Below the pieces are notes generated by a model, which was not told the DNA's origin, made no database searches, and saw only the letters and a program-made list of their open reading frames with translations. The position numbers were made by a program, and so were the translations under genes. DNA of 64,000 bases from an uncultured Methylomirabilota bacterium. GTDB taxonomy: Bacteria > Methylomirabilota > Methylomirabilia > Methylomirabilales > 2-02-FULL-66-22. Within the stretch, counting starts at the first letter, position 1; each line of letters begins with the position of its first letter. This document shows, piece after piece, positions 43,933 to 55,250 of the stretch. Where the stretch lies: contig CAWJSJ010000001.1 of the NCBI GenBank assembly GCA_963845565.1, forward strand, positions 256,001-320,000, given 5' to 3'.

Positions 43933-44435
43933 ATGGCGAGGAAAATGCGCAGATCAGGTGTCCCCACGTGGGAAGCCTCCAGGGGGACGGCACGACGGGG
44001 CGTCTGAGGCTGGAAGCGCTCTTGCGGGTGCGGCGGGGCGCGCTCGAACCGCCGAAGGCACCGGGCACCGCCAGCGCAGATCCGATCGATGCGGCCCAGG
44101 AGCGGGCGGAAGAGCGAACATGGCTCGCGATCGTGGAGCGCACCCGCGACATGCAGGCCATGGCGGACGAGGCGCTGGCCAGGCTGGACGCAGGGCGGTA
44201 TGGCGTGTGTGCAGAGTGTGAGGAGCCCATCCCGGCGCCCCGCCTCCGGGCGTTGCCATTCGCGGTGCGGTGCCTCCCGTGCCAGGAGCGCTGGGAACGG
44301 AGAGCCGAGGCGAGGAATGCCGCCGCCCCCCGCCCGGACGAGCACGCACTGAGATCGCTTCCGAGCAACCGGTGGTCGTCCGGCGAGTTCGCTCCCCCCC
44401 GAGAGGTGACCCGCTGGGCAGCCTACTCGGAGTAG
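43933..44435 (+). CDS. TraR/DksA C4-type zinc-finger protein (5' frameshift near 43985)
   Basis: DPIDAA (DxxDxA); YGVCAECEEPI...RL.ALP...RCLPCQ; AGGAG RBS before ATG 43933. Confidence 0.8.
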
Positions 44436-44487
44436 CCGGGAAAAACCAAAAGTCGGATGGTGTCACGCCATCCGGGAAGGATGTCAC

Positions 44488-44598
44488 ATGAACTCCGTCC
44501 TCTACTTCGTGGGCGCCGTCGTCATCATTGCCGTGGTAGGTCGGTCTCTGCTTGGTCGGTCCGCCACGGCACCGATTTCCAGACGCGATCGATCCTAG
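44488..44598 (+). CDS. Fourth, C-terminally extended micropeptide paralog MNSVLYFVGAVVIIAVVG...
   Basis: Same M.S..Y.VGAVVI core and the same CGGATGG/CCATCCG hairpin before the RBS. Confidence 0.55.
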   Translation: MNSVLYFVGAVVIIAVVGRSLLGRSATAPISRRDRS

Positions 44599-44620
44599 GC
44601 CAACGGTACGCCGAATGCCG

Positions 44621-46715
44621 ATGAACGGTACTGCGGTCCGGGTCCGACGACTGGCGAGTCCGCCGCCGCGCAATGCGTTGGCGGGCGCAGCCTTGCGCAC
44701 GAGAGCACTCGTTGCGGTGGGCGTCCTCTTGGTGGGCGCCGTGGGCCTGGCGTGTGTCTGGGCGACGTGGTCGTATCGGCTTCCGGACCTTCGCGCAGGG
44801 AATGCTGCGACGGTCCGCCTCTACGCCGGCAGCGAAGAGATCGCGGCCTTCCAGGGAGCCTCTCGGCGCTTTCAGATCTGGCTCCCCCTGGACGAGATCC
44901 CGCGGCCTGTCGTGAACGCGGTCTTGGCGGCGGAGGACCGGCGGTTCTTCCACCATCCGGGGATCGAGGTGCGCGCGGTCCTGCGCGCCACCCTGATGAA
45001 TCTGCAGAAACGGGGCGTGTACCAGGGCGGCAGCACGATCACGCAACAGCTTGCTCGCACGCTCTATTTCAGCAGCGAACGGACATGGGGGCGTAAGCTG
45101 CGGGAGTCCGCCGCCGCCCTGCTCCTCGAGATCCGGTACCCCAAGCGCCGGATCCTGGAAACCTATCTGAATGTCGTGTACATGGGGCACGATGGGAATG
45201 TCGCCATCCTCGGCATCGGGGCGGCATCGCGGCACTTCCTGGGCAAGGACCTGGCGGACGTCCGCCTCGACGAAGCCGCCGTGCTGGCCGCCGCCATTCA
45301 TGCGCCCAATCGAACCTTCTTCGGCCACTCCGCCCGCGCTGTCCATGCGCGCCGCGACTGGATCCTCCAGGCCATGCGGGGTCTGGATACGGCCGCCGAG
45401 AGTGCCGTTCGCGAGGCGATGGCCCGACCGCTGCCCCGCCGGGCACCCCGCAGCGCGGACCAGCCGGCGTACTTCGTGGACCTGGCGCGCGAAGAGATCG
45501 CCCGCCGGATCTCGCTCCCGGCCTCGGGTGAGGTCCGCATCACCACCACCCTGGATCCTCCGCTCCAGCGCGCCGCCGAGCGGGCGCTCCGCGAGGGCCT
45601 GGAACGGATCGCGCGAAGGCAGCCCGGCCTCGAGCGGGCGGGCCTGCAGGCGGCCCTGGTGGCCATCCAACCGGCCTCGGGAGCGATCCGCGCCTTGGTG
45701 GGCGGCCGGAGTTACCGCGAGAGCCCATTCAACCGGGCCACGCGGGCCGCCCGTCAGCCCGGCTCGCTCTTCAAGCCTTTTGTCTATCTGGCAGCCTTCG
45801 AGGCTGAGCGCATGGGTCGTGGCCCGGGCTTCACGCCGGCCTCGCTGATCCCCGATGACCCGGTCGAGATTCCGACCGGCTCCACCACCTGGTTCCCACA
45901 GAACTTCGATCGTCAGTTTCGCGGGCCGGTGACGATTCGCCGGGCACTGGAATCATCGCTCAACGTCCCGGCGGTCCGCGTCGCGCAGGACGTGGGCCTC
46001 AACCAAGTCGTGCTGATGGCCCAAGCCCTGGGGATCGCGCGGCCCCTCGCTGCGGTGCCATCCCTGGCCTTGGGAACCTCGGAGGTCACGCTACTGGAAA
46101 TCGCCGCGGCCTACGCCACGCTGGCCAATCAGGGTGTTCGGACGTTTCCCACCACGCTGGCCGCCGACGTGGCCGCCCAGGGGGTGCAGGCCGTTGAGCC
46201 GCTACCCCCGGCGGAGCGCGCGGTCTCGGCAGAATCCGCTTTCCTGATCACCCACGTGCTCCGCGGGGTGGTGCGCTCGGGCACGGGTCGCGCCAGCGTG
46301 CGTTGGGGGCTCAGCGACGCGGCGGCAGGAAAGACAGGAACCACGGACAACCTGCGGGACGCCTGGTTCGTCGGTTATACGCCGGAACTGGTGGTGGGGG
46401 TGTGGGTGGGCATGGACGATGCCAGTCCCGCTGGGCCTCACGGGCGCCCAGGCCGCGCTGCCGATCTGGGCCGCGGTGATGCAGGCCGCCGTGCGGCGGT
46501 CCCCCCCCTCACGGTTCACGCCGCCCCCCGGCGTCGTGATGGCTCGGGTGGATCGGGACAGCGGGCGTCTCGCCTCCTTCGAGTGCGGCGGTGGGCCGAC
46601 GATCGAGGAGGCATTCCGGGCCGGAAGCGAACCCCGGGATTCCGATTGTGGTAAACCGCGTCGCGTGGATGCCCCGGACTCTGTTGTCGGGTGGTTCCAG
46701 CGCCTGTTCCCCTGA
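44621..46715 (+). CDS. Class A penicillin-binding protein (frameshift near 46425)
   Basis: EDRRFF.H.G, GGSTITQQL, RKLRE; SLFK, SLN, KTG. Confidence 0.9.
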
Positions 46716-46979
46716 GCGGCCCGGAAGCACCGTCAGGGGCCACACCGGCGATCCAGCCACCCCGCTCCGCGCCCCTCCGACATGCAAGACAAGATCGGCC
46801 AAGCCGAGAAGGTCCAGGGGGCCCAGGTGCACGGCGAATCACATGCCGGAACGCCCTCGGCCCCGCGGTTGAGGCGACGCTGGGCCCGAAGCGCAGCAAC
46901 CCGCCCGGCGGGAGGTCTGCGGGGCGAGCTCGTCACAGAAAACCATAACACAACCTGACGGCAAACAGGAGGACGGACA

Positions 46980-47750
46980 ATGAAACCGATATTTTCTGCC
47001 GTGCTGATGGCGGCCGCGATGGCTCTGTTGGTGAACTGTTCGTCAATCAGGGATCCGGGATACGCGTCCGGAACGGACGACCGCATCGAATCCTCGGCCA
47101 GGGAGTCGTATATTTTCAAGACCTACCTTAAGGACGATGATATTGAGATTCACTCCCAAGACGGTGTCGTCACCGTGACGGGACTTGTGTCCGACGAATC
47201 CCACATCTCGTTGGCCCAGGAGACCGTCGTGAACCTCCCCGGGGTTAAGAGCGTGGACAACAGGTTGGAGGTCAAAGGCACGCCCCCCGCGGTCCGCTCG
47301 GATGCATGGCTCCGGGATAAAGTGAATTTCACGCTCGCGTCTCATCAGAGCGTGAGCGCCGCGCAGGCCGAGGTGGAGGTCAAAGACGGCATTGTGACTC
47401 TGCGCGGCAATGCGACCAGCCAGGCGCAAAAGGACCTGACGACCGAATACGCCAAGGATGTGGATGGGGTCAAAGACGTCAAGAATGAGATGACCGTGTC
47501 GATGACCGGGAAAACGACCCCCCGGACACCGGGCGAAAGGATTGATGACGCGTCTATCACCGCCCAGGTCAAGATGGCGTTGTTGGTCCATCGCTCCACC
47601 AGCGCCCTCCGCACCTCAGTCACAACGAAACGCGGTGTGGTCACCGTGGGTGGAAAAGCCAAGAATGCGGCCGAAAAGGACCTGGTAGACAAACTCGTCA
47701 GCGACATCCACGGTGTGCAGAGCGTCAATAACCGGATGACCATCCCGTAG
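46980..47750 (+). CDS. Triple BON-domain protein
   Basis: Three BON repeats (GVVTVTG, GIVTLRG, GVVTVGG); AGGAGG RBS. Confidence 0.9.
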   Translation: MKPIFSAVLMAAAMALLVNCSSIRDPGYASGTDDRIESSARESYIFKTYLKDDDIEIHSQDGVVTVTGLVSDESHISLAQETVVNLPGVKSVDNRLEVKGTPPAVRSDAWLRDKVNFTLASHQSVSAAQAEVEVKDGIVTLRGNATSQAQKDLTTEYAKDVDGVKDVKNEMTVSMTGKTTPRTPGERIDDASITAQVKMALLVHRSTSALRTSVTTKRGVVTVGGKAKNAAEKDLVDKLVSDIHGVQSVNNRMTIP

Positions 47751-47853
47751 GGTGTGTCCACTACCCAATCGGTGGTACCGGTCACGGGCGTACCGCGGGC
47801 CGTGGGGCCTGATCGAACGGACCCAGGTCCCGCGGGAATCACGGCAGGGGTCG

Positions 47854-49662
47854 CTAGCCGGGGGCGGGCTGGACCTTGACGTGTGGATGGATGGATCGGG
47901 CGATCTGGTCGCGGGTTTCGATGAGCGTGACGGCGCAGTGGGTGGCGCCGGCGGCCAGTAGGGCTTCGCAGTCCTTGTGACCCTTCTCGGGCAGTCCCCA
48001 GTAGCCCACCACGATGTCGAGTCCGGGGAGTCGGCCGCGCAGCAGTGTGCTCAGGTGGCGGCTGGCGGACAAACCGCCGGGCGGAATGAAACCGACGCAG
48101 AACAACTCCGGGCGTTTCTGTTCTACTTCCTGCAGGATTTCGGAGAAGCGTTGGCCGGCGGCGCTGATGTCCATTTCATAGCGCGTGGCGTCGAGCAGTT
48201 GTTGCAACATCAGCAGGGCGATGGCGTCACCTTCGTCATGGGCGGGCCAGGCCAGGATGCGGCCTTTGGCGACGCTGACTGTGGCCGTGTCGCCACCGGC
48301 GATGGCGGGAGCATCGGTGGACGACGGGGGATAGGCGGACGGCAGGCCAATGCGTTCAACGATCTGCCGCGTGGACTTGTACACGAACTCTCGGTCGTCG
48401 TCCGGCAGGATGCCCAGCCGGCTGTCGCGTTTGGCGTAATGCAGGGCGGGCAGGAGCACTTCGTCGAAGACGTGCTCCACCGCATGCGTGCGCAACTGTT
48501 CTTCGACGATCGCCTCGGCCTCGTCCTGGTCCATCGCCAACAACCGCTTGTAGTAGGCCACCGAGGCCTGCATCATCGGCTGGTCGCCGAAGAGCACGGC
48601 GATGAATTCCAGTTGCGGGACATTCTTCGCGACCACAGTCAGGCACGCGGTCAGCGGCGTGGCCAACAGCAGGCCGACCGGGCCCCACAGCCAGGACCAA
48701 AACGCGATGGCGATCAGCATGGCCAGTTTTGACGTGCCCGCGCTCTGACTAAACAACATCGGCTCGATGACCATCGCGGCGGCGATCTCGAAGACCGCGA
48801 ACATCCCCAGCACCGACAGCGGCTGCCACCAGTTCGACGAAGTGGCCAGGCTGACCGCGAACGGCAGCAAGGCCGCAATCCAGATTCCGATGAAGGGAAC
48901 GAACCGGAGGATGACGATCAGGGATCCCCACAACAGGGCATAGGGTACTCCCAGCAGAAACAGCCCCAAGCCAATCGCCACGCCGAGGCAGGCATTGACG
49001 ATGAATTGGGCGAAAAGATACCGGCTCACTCGTTCGCCGGCTTCGTCGAGCGCCTGGGTCGTCAGGCTCAATCGTCCGTACCCCAGCAGCCGAATCACGC
49101 GGGTGCGCAACTCGTCGCGTTCGAGCAGCATGAAAATCACCAGCATGACGACCAGCAGGACTTGGAACACAGATTCCAGCAGCGGAAGAACCAGTTGCCA
49201 CACACCCGAGGAAAACCTGCCGCTTTGCACCGTCACCAGGACCGGTTTGGGGACGTGCTCGGCCGGTGGCGCGCTGGTGTTCAGGTCGCCGATCAACTGC
49301 TCGAACGTGGCGAGGACGTTGTCGAGCGCCGTGCCTTTGCCCACCTGCAAATCCTCGACGCGCTTTTTGATGTTGCCCTGGTAGCCCGGCAAGGCGTTGG
49401 CGAATTCCTTCACCTCAACCGAGACGCCCCAGCCGATGAGGCCGATCAGCGAAAACGTCAACACCGCCAGCAACAGGGCCGAGACCACCCGACCCAGGCC
49501 GAGGCGCTGGAGCGCGCTGTCGCAGGGACTCAAGAGAAAGGTCAGCAAGATCGCCAGCGCCACCGGCAACAGGACTGGGCGCGCCCAGTACAGCGAGGCG
49601 ACGATCAGCACGAGTGTGCCTGCCACGACCAGCGGCGACAATTTAGGAGCCTTCGTTGGCAC
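47854..49662 (-). CDS. AI-2E family transporter with C-terminal B12-binding-like/Rossmann domain
   Basis: LRFVPFIG, FWSWLWGPVGLLLATPLT; cytoplasmic C-terminal domain. Confidence 0.85.
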   Translation of the reverse strand: MPTKAPKLSPLVVAGTLVLIVASLYWARPVLLPVALAILLTFLLSPCDSALQRLGLGRVVSALLLAVLTFSLIGLIGWGVSVEVKEFANALPGYQGNIKKRVEDLQVGKGTALDNVLATFEQLIGDLNTSAPPAEHVPKPVLVTVQSGRFSSGVWQLVLPLLESVFQVLLVVMLVIFMLLERDELRTRVIRLLGYGRLSLTTQALDEAGERVSRYLFAQFIVNACLGVAIGLGLFLLGVPYALLWGSLIVILRFVPFIGIWIAALLPFAVSLATSSNWWQPLSVLGMFAVFEIAAAMVIEPMLFSQSAGTSKLAMLIAIAFWSWLWGPVGLLLATPLTACLTVVAKNVPQLEFIAVLFGDQPMMQASVAYYKRLLAMDQDEAEAIVEEQLRTHAVEHVFDEVLLPALHYAKRDSRLGILPDDDREFVYKSTRQIVERIGLPSAYPPSSTDAPAIAGGDTATVSVAKGRILAWPAHDEGDAIALLMLQQLLDATRYEMDISAAGQRFSEILQEVEQKRPELFCVGFIPPGGLSASRHLSTLLRGRLPGLDIVVGYWGLPEKGHKDCEALLAAGATHCAVTLIETRDQIARSIHPHVKVQPAPG

Positions 49663-49809
49663 CGAACGCGTTCCTTCCGATCGCTGTCAGATGAGCCTGC
49701 CAGAAATCACACCCGTTGCCGCTGAGGTAAACACCCCGTACCGCCCGCACGGTTTCCCACCTGATTCTCATCCTACCATGAGCGATAGAAAGTATCCGGC
49801 TTATTCCCG

Positions 49810-50946
49810 CTAAAGCTGCTTCTCATAAATCCTATAGGTCTTTGACCTCCGCGCACCCATCTTCTGCAGTAGGGAATTGGCCGCCGTGTTGCTTTCGAGA
49901 ATCCAGGACAGCTCACACTTCCGGTAGTTCTTATTGTGCTTCGCGGCATCGTACGTACGACAGCAGAAGACGGCCTCGATGCCTCTCATGCGGTGCTTTT
50001 TCAAGACGCCCAAGACGGGCATGCGCCAGGAGCTGATCTTCCGCCGATGCCAGAGGATCTTCAGCAAACCCACAGGGAACAAACGGCCGCCCGCTTTCTT
50101 CAAGGCCTGGTTCATATCGGGAAGCACCAGAGACAACCCGGCCGGTTCGCCGTCGTACTCGGCGATGAAGGACAGATCCCTGTCGTAAATCAATTTGAAC
50201 TCGCCGACGATATGATCGAACTCTTCTTCCGTCAGCGGCACGGCGCCCCAGTTCTCGGACCAGGCCTCCGTGTAGATCTTCTTGATCCTGTCCCTTTCAT
50301 TCTTGAAATCTCTCACATCCATCGTACGGACGACGAGCTTGGGGTCCTCAAGCACAAAGCCGGCAATGTCGCGCAACCTCTTCGGGAAACCCTCACTCTC
50401 GAACATTGCATAGGCGTACAGGTCCTGGATCTTCTGCAAACCGTATCCTTCGATCAGGCCGGCATAGTACGGGGGATTATAGGTCATCCGGATGAATGGC
50501 GGCTCGTCGAAGGGATCGATGAGCAATCCGACTTCATGATTCACGGAAAAACTCATGGGCCCCCTGATGGTCTCGAGCCCGCGCCCCCTCAGCCAGCTCG
50601 CGGCTGCATCAAACAGCGCATTGGCGACCGGTTGGTCATTGACACATTCGAAGAAGCCGAAGAATCCAGCTCCGTCTTTGTGGACCTGACTGTGTTGTGT
50701 GTTCTCATGGGCTGAGATTCGTCCGACCGGTTCTTCGCCCCGAAACGCCATGAAGAGCTGGGCTTTTGAATGAGAAAGGTAGAGATTCTTTCCAGGGGTG
50801 AAGAATTGACGCTGGTCGAAGATCAGGGGTGGGACCCAGTGGGGATCATCCTGGTAAATCGTCCACGGGAACCTAATGAATTTCCCGAGCTGCCGTCTGT
50901 TCCCCAATTCAATAGGGTGTATCGAGACGGGGGGCGAGCCTGCCAT
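49810..50946 (-). CDS. GNAT-fold protein, bacterial ceramide synthase (bCerS)-like
   Basis: DPHWVPPL, GRISAH, GFFGFFEC, GP.SFS.N.E.GLL, YNPPYY, WSENWG.VP, ELSWILESN. Confidence 0.7.
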   Translation of the reverse strand: MAGSPPVSIHPIELGNRRQLGKFIRFPWTIYQDDPHWVPPLIFDQRQFFTPGKNLYLSHSKAQLFMAFRGEEPVGRISAHENTQHSQVHKDGAGFFGFFECVNDQPVANALFDAAASWLRGRGLETIRGPMSFSVNHEVGLLIDPFDEPPFIRMTYNPPYYAGLIEGYGLQKIQDLYAYAMFESEGFPKRLRDIAGFVLEDPKLVVRTMDVRDFKNERDRIKKIYTEAWSENWGAVPLTEEEFDHIVGEFKLIYDRDLSFIAEYDGEPAGLSLVLPDMNQALKKAGGRLFPVGLLKILWHRRKISSWRMPVLGVLKKHRMRGIEAVFCCRTYDAAKHNKNYRKCELSWILESNTAANSLLQKMGARRSKTYRIYEKQL

Positions 50947-51265
50947 GCCGGCACCTCTTCCGATGTTGGTCCCATGCTATTATTTTACCGGGGGCAGGGC
51001 ACACCGGCAAAGGTCTCCGGCCGCATGGCACCAGGGTCACCTTTTTATCGCTCGTTTGCCTGGTGCTGGCAAGCCCAATTTGGGCGATGAGAACCGCCGC
51101 CCCGACCAAATCCGCAGAAGCCCTTTTTCAATCGTGGGCCGGCACCACCCGGCCGCGAGTGTTGGTTCTTCGCGGGGAACCGCGTATAATCCCGACCAGA
51201 CTGGTGGAAAGTGATGGTGCCGCACCGGCGGAGGGACGACGATAAGAACCCAGGACGCAGCATCC

Positions 51266-52270
51266 GTGCTGGTCACCGGGGCCAGCGGCTTTATCGGACG
51301 GCACCTGGTGCGCCGGCTGGTCGAGCGTGGCGACCGGGTGTCGTGCCTGGTGCGGGCCACGTCGCGCATCGACGAACTCCGATCGTCAGGCGCCCAATTC
51401 ATCGTGGGCGATGCGACCGATCGCGCCGGCATTGACCGGGCACTGGCACAGTCGCAGGCCGGCGTGGTGTTCCACCTGGCGGGCCTGGTGAAGGCGGTGC
51501 GGACGGCCGACTTCGCCCGCGTGAACGCGGGCGGCGTCGAATCCGTCGCGGCGGCCTGTGCGGACCGCGCCGAGCGGCCGGTGTTGATCGTGGTCTCCTC
51601 CCTGGCCGCGGCAGGGCCGTGCACCGGCGACCGACCTCGCGTGGAAGGCGATTCGCCCGCACCGGTTTCCGCCTACGGTCGCAGCAAACTCGCCGGCGAG
51701 TTGGCCGCGGCCACGCATGCCGGAGAGTTGGCAATCACCATCGTGCGTCCGCCGATCGTCTTCGGCCCCGGCGACCGAGGCGTGCTTGAATTGTTCCGGC
51801 CGATCGCCCGCGCGGGGCTCCAGGTCGTGCTCGGCTGGAAGGAACGACGCGTTTCGCTGATCCACGTGGCCGATCTGGTGGCACTCCTGCTCCTGGCCGC
51901 CGAGAAAGGCGAGCGTCTCCACCCCGACGGAGCGCCGGGCCAGGGTATCTACTTCGTGGCGGCAGAGCACGATCCGACCTATGCCGAACTGGGGCAGGCC
52001 ATGGCTACGGCATTGGGAAGAAAGCGGGCCACGGTGGTGCCGATGCCGGGAACGGTCGCACGACTGGTCGGGCTTTGCGGCGACGTTCTTGCACGCGTGC
52101 GGCAACGCCCGGGTTGGGTGAACAGCGACAAGATGGTCGAAGCCCTGGCGGGATCGTGGACGTGCTCATCCGCCAAGGCGCGTACGCAGTGGGGTTGGTC
52201 CCCCGCGGCCAGGTTGCCCGAACGACTGCGCGACACGGCCCAATGGTATCGCCAGGCCGGATGGCTCTGA
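51266..52270 (+). CDS. NAD-dependent epimerase/dehydratase (extended SDR), CerR-like candidate; start approximate
   Basis: TGASGFIG, HLAG, SSLAA, YGRSK, RPPIVFGPGD. Confidence 0.85.
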   Translation: MLVTGASGFIGRHLVRRLVERGDRVSCLVRATSRIDELRSSGAQFIVGDATDRAGIDRALAQSQAGVVFHLAGLVKAVRTADFARVNAGGVESVAAACADRAERPVLIVVSSLAAAGPCTGDRPRVEGDSPAPVSAYGRSKLAGELAAATHAGELAITIVRPPIVFGPGDRGVLELFRPIARAGLQVVLGWKERRVSLIHVADLVALLLLAAEKGERLHPDGAPGQGIYFVAAEHDPTYAELGQAMATALGRKRATVVPMPGTVARLVGLCGDVLARVRQRPGWVNSDKMVEALAGSWTCSSAKARTQWGWSPAARLPERLRDTAQWYRQAGWL

Positions 52271-52345
52271 GCGCCTCGTCGAGAACCGGGCGGCCTTGCT
52301 CCGGGTCGGCCCCCGGAAACCGGAGGCCTCCGGTAACTCAGGACA

Positions 52346-53332
52346 CTAGGACATCTTCACCGCCCCCCCAAGCAGCCCGCGGCAGACATTCGCGATGTTG
52401 AGAGCCGCCGCGCCGTTTTGAACAGGCATCAGCCGACGTAATTCGTCCAGGTCGAAGTCCGAATGGGTTTCCTTGTCCAGCGCCAGGCCGACAAATGCCG
52501 TCGATGAGTATTGCGTGACCAGGACATCGCAATTCGCGATCATCTCTTCGGCACTTCCCGTCGTAAACACCGTGGCGCCCGGCGCCCACCGGGAGATTTC
52601 CCGGGTCGCGCGCTTGACGTTTTCCGCCGGGTGAAGCTTGAAGATGAGCCGCCGGTCGCCGGCGATCCCAACGGCTTTGCGGATGAACGCCTCGCGGTCT
52701 TCGCCCCGAAACGTCTCCCGGAGCGGCGACGTACAGACCAGCACATAGTGGCTGTGGGGGAATGTGTTGGCGCGATATCGGCGGCAGTCATCGAAATTGG
52801 GGATGCCCGTGACGACGATCTTGTCGGCCCGCGCGCCTTTTCGGATGAAGAAATCCCGATAGCCTTCGCTGGCGACGCAGAATCTGCGGTAGGCATTGCT
52901 CAGGCCCGTCGCCGCCGTGCCCGCCAGCCACAGCGGAAGGAACCGAATTCGCGTGACCAGACGAAACGCAAAGGTTTCCGGATCCGTGATCCCCTCCTGC
53001 ACCAGGACGATCCGGTGGTTCCGGATGTTCTTCTGCAGGTACACGTCCGTACAGGTGACCACCAGGTCGTAGGGCCCGTTTCGTCCCTGGTAGTCGACGG
53101 GGAGGTCGTGATCCTCCAGATACCGCCGGCAGCGTCCCGCGAGTCTGTTGCCGATGATCGTGAACTCCATCAACCCCAGCTTTCGCAGAATCTCGTCGAC
53201 GCCGTCGCAGTAGAAGGGCGAGAAGGCGTGCTCGTACTCGGAAAGATGCCCGGAGATCTGGTGCATCTGCGTGGTCTGATTCATCGAGCCGCAGATGAAC
53301 AGGATTCTCTTCTTCACGCGCACTCTTCCCAT
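52346..53332 (-). CDS. Hypothetical protein, possibly GT-B/glycerophosphotransferase-like
   Basis: VTGIPNFD, FKLHP, CDVLVTQYSS. Confidence 0.6.
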   Translation of the reverse strand: MGRVRVKKRILFICGSMNQTTQMHQISGHLSEYEHAFSPFYCDGVDEILRKLGLMEFTIIGNRLAGRCRRYLEDHDLPVDYQGRNGPYDLVVTCTDVYLQKNIRNHRIVLVQEGITDPETFAFRLVTRIRFLPLWLAGTAATGLSNAYRRFCVASEGYRDFFIRKGARADKIVVTGIPNFDDCRRYRANTFPHSHYVLVCTSPLRETFRGEDREAFIRKAVGIAGDRRLIFKLHPAENVKRATREISRWAPGATVFTTGSAEEMIANCDVLVTQYSSTAFVGLALDKETHSDFDLDELRRLMPVQNGAAALNIANVCRGLLGGAVKMS

Positions 53333-53341
53333 CGGGTCACT

Positions 53342-53495
53342 CTAATCCGGATTATTCACGAAGGATTCGTGAATAATCCGGGCTTACCTGACGCACAGCC
53401 ATTCTCGCCGGCAGCGGGAGGATACGTGGTGACGGGCGAACCGGGTACCCATCCGCCAGGATGGGTGCGGTGTCACCGCGTACCGGCGACGCCTG
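53342..53495 (+). repeat. Dispersed palindromic/MITE-like repeat, copy C (full length)
   Basis: Same palindrome and body as 5603-5767. Confidence 0.8.
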
Positions 53496-53525
53496 TACAG
53501 GAACTCGGCATCATTGGGAGGCCGC

Positions 53526-54140
53526 CTATTGGGGCAGGTCCCTGATGACCGTTGCGATCTCCCGACTCAACGCTCCGAGCGCGCGGCTCATGGCCGCCAC
53601 CAAAGCGCCGTAGCCCGGCGCACCCACGACCTCGGTGATCGTCGAGCGCCGCAGGGCGAGTTCCTTCCCGTCGCCGCCCAGGATGCGCCAGCGCGCCTCC
53701 AGCGTGACGTCCGCACCCGCCGCCCCCTCGAAGCGCGCCACCTCCACGACAACCTGGTACTGCACCGGGTGGGACCCCCGCCATGGGAAGAGGGCGACGC
53801 GATCCGTTCGTAGCAGGATGGCCAGGTCCTCGCCCAGGACGCGGATCGCGCCGTCCTTCAACTGCTCCGACCAGCGGTCGAACTCGCCGAGCTCGATCTC
53901 TTCGCGTCCCCGGCGGGTCACGATCTCGCGGCGATCGAGGTAGCCCGGCAGTGTCACCGGCCCCACACCGATGGCAAGACCCCGCTCGGCGGCGAGCGGG
54001 TTTGCCTCGGTCGTCGGTACAGCCACGGGAACCAACGTGTAGAACCTGGTGGGGGCACTGGCGCCTCCCAGGCAGCCGCCCCCCCAGACCAGGATGGCCC
54101 CCAGCAGCAGGGCGCGCAGGCAACGGTCGCGGGTGCGCAT
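53526..54140 (-). CDS. PqiC/ABC-type auxiliary lipoprotein
   Basis: Lipobox GGGC; TRFYTL, GPVTLPGYLDRREIV, RWSE.L. Confidence 0.85.
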   Translation of the reverse strand: MRTRDRCLRALLLGAILVWGGGCLGGASAPTRFYTLVPVAVPTTEANPLAAERGLAIGVGPVTLPGYLDRREIVTRRGREEIELGEFDRWSEQLKDGAIRVLGEDLAILLRTDRVALFPWRGSHPVQYQVVVEVARFEGAAGADVTLEARWRILGGDGKELALRRSTITEVVGAPGYGALVAAMSRALGALSREIATVIRDLPQ

Positions 54141-55231
54141 CAGTTCCCTCCGGGCCGCCCCTTGCCCCGGAGCAGGGCTTCGGGGTGCCGCTCCAGATAG
54201 TCGGTCAGGGCCCGCAGCGACTGGGAGGCCGCCCCCAGGTCCTGGAGTGTCTGGACGAGCTGGGATCCGAGGCGCGAGTCCCCGTCCGTCGTGCCGTCGA
54301 TGGTGGCGAGCGTGGCCCGTGCCTTCTCCAGGGTCGCCCGCGCTTCCTCGGACATGCTCTTCACGGAGGAGGCCACGGACCCAACTTCCGTTTCCGTCTT
54401 CACGACCAGCCGCTGGACATCCCCCATCAGCGCATTCAGGGTGGCGACCTCGGCCTCCAACCGCCCCAGCAGCCGGCGGGCGTCCCGGGACACATCCGTG
54501 ACGGCGACGCGGGCGGCATCCGAGGTGTCCTTGAACGAGGCCATCACCGGACCGGCGTCTTCGCCCAAGCGGCGGGCAAGCTTCTCCGCTTCGGTCAGGA
54601 ATGCGGCGGCCGAGCGCACGGACCTCTGCAGCTCCGGCGACTGAACCATCGTCTTGACCCCCTCCACCGCCTCGGCCGATGACCGGACCAGCTTCTCCAG
54701 CGGCAAGTCCTGGAGCGTGGCCAAGAGTTTCTCCGCCTGGGCGGTGAACATCTGAATCGTGGTGGGGACAATGGGGATCTCGGGCACGGACGTGTCGAGA
54801 CCGACCAGCTTGATGGGGGTCTTGGGGAAGAGGTCGAGCCCCACAAAGAGCTGACCCGTGATGAAGTTTTGCCACCGGAGCTGGGCCCGGAGGCCATGCT
54901 CTTGAATCGCCTTGCCGAGCATCTCCCCCATCTCGTGCACGTCGTGCCCCCGCATGCCCCGGATCGTCCGCAGGTCGAGCCGGACATACACGGCGATCCA
55001 CTCGGTGCCCCACCGCGACTCGATGCGGGACACCTGGCCGAGCTTGACGCCCCGGAACTCGACATCGGCGCCGACGCTCAGACCGCTGACCGTGGAGTCG
55101 AAGAACATGACGTAGGTGAGGGGCCGCCGGAAGAGGTTCATGCTCCCGAACGCCACCAGACCGACGACCAGGAGCGCCGCTGCGCCCACGACGAAGGCGC
55201 CGATGAGGGTCGGGCTTGCGCGCTTGCTCAT
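54140..55231 (-). CDS. MCE/MlaD-family protein
   Basis: IGAFVVG, SVSGLSVGADVEFRGVKLGQV, LERHPEALLRG. Confidence 0.88.
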   Translation of the reverse strand: MSKRASPTLIGAFVVGAAALLVVGLVAFGSMNLFRRPLTYVMFFDSTVSGLSVGADVEFRGVKLGQVSRIESRWGTEWIAVYVRLDLRTIRGMRGHDVHEMGEMLGKAIQEHGLRAQLRWQNFITGQLFVGLDLFPKTPIKLVGLDTSVPEIPIVPTTIQMFTAQAEKLLATLQDLPLEKLVRSSAEAVEGVKTMVQSPELQRSVRSAAAFLTEAEKLARRLGEDAGPVMASFKDTSDAARVAVTDVSRDARRLLGRLEAEVATLNALMGDVQRLVVKTETEVGSVASSVKSMSEEARATLEKARATLATIDGTTDGDSRLGSQLVQTLQDLGAASQSLRALTDYLERHPEALLRGKGRPGGN

Positions 55232-55250
55232 GGTAGATCTCCTCCGCGGC

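Noticed and set aside
50990..51046. Possible c-di-GMP-I riboswitch (GCAAAGGTCTCCGGCC...GGGTCACC)
   Set aside because: It resembles only the second half; the GGCAAA-stem-GAAA tetraloop half is absent.
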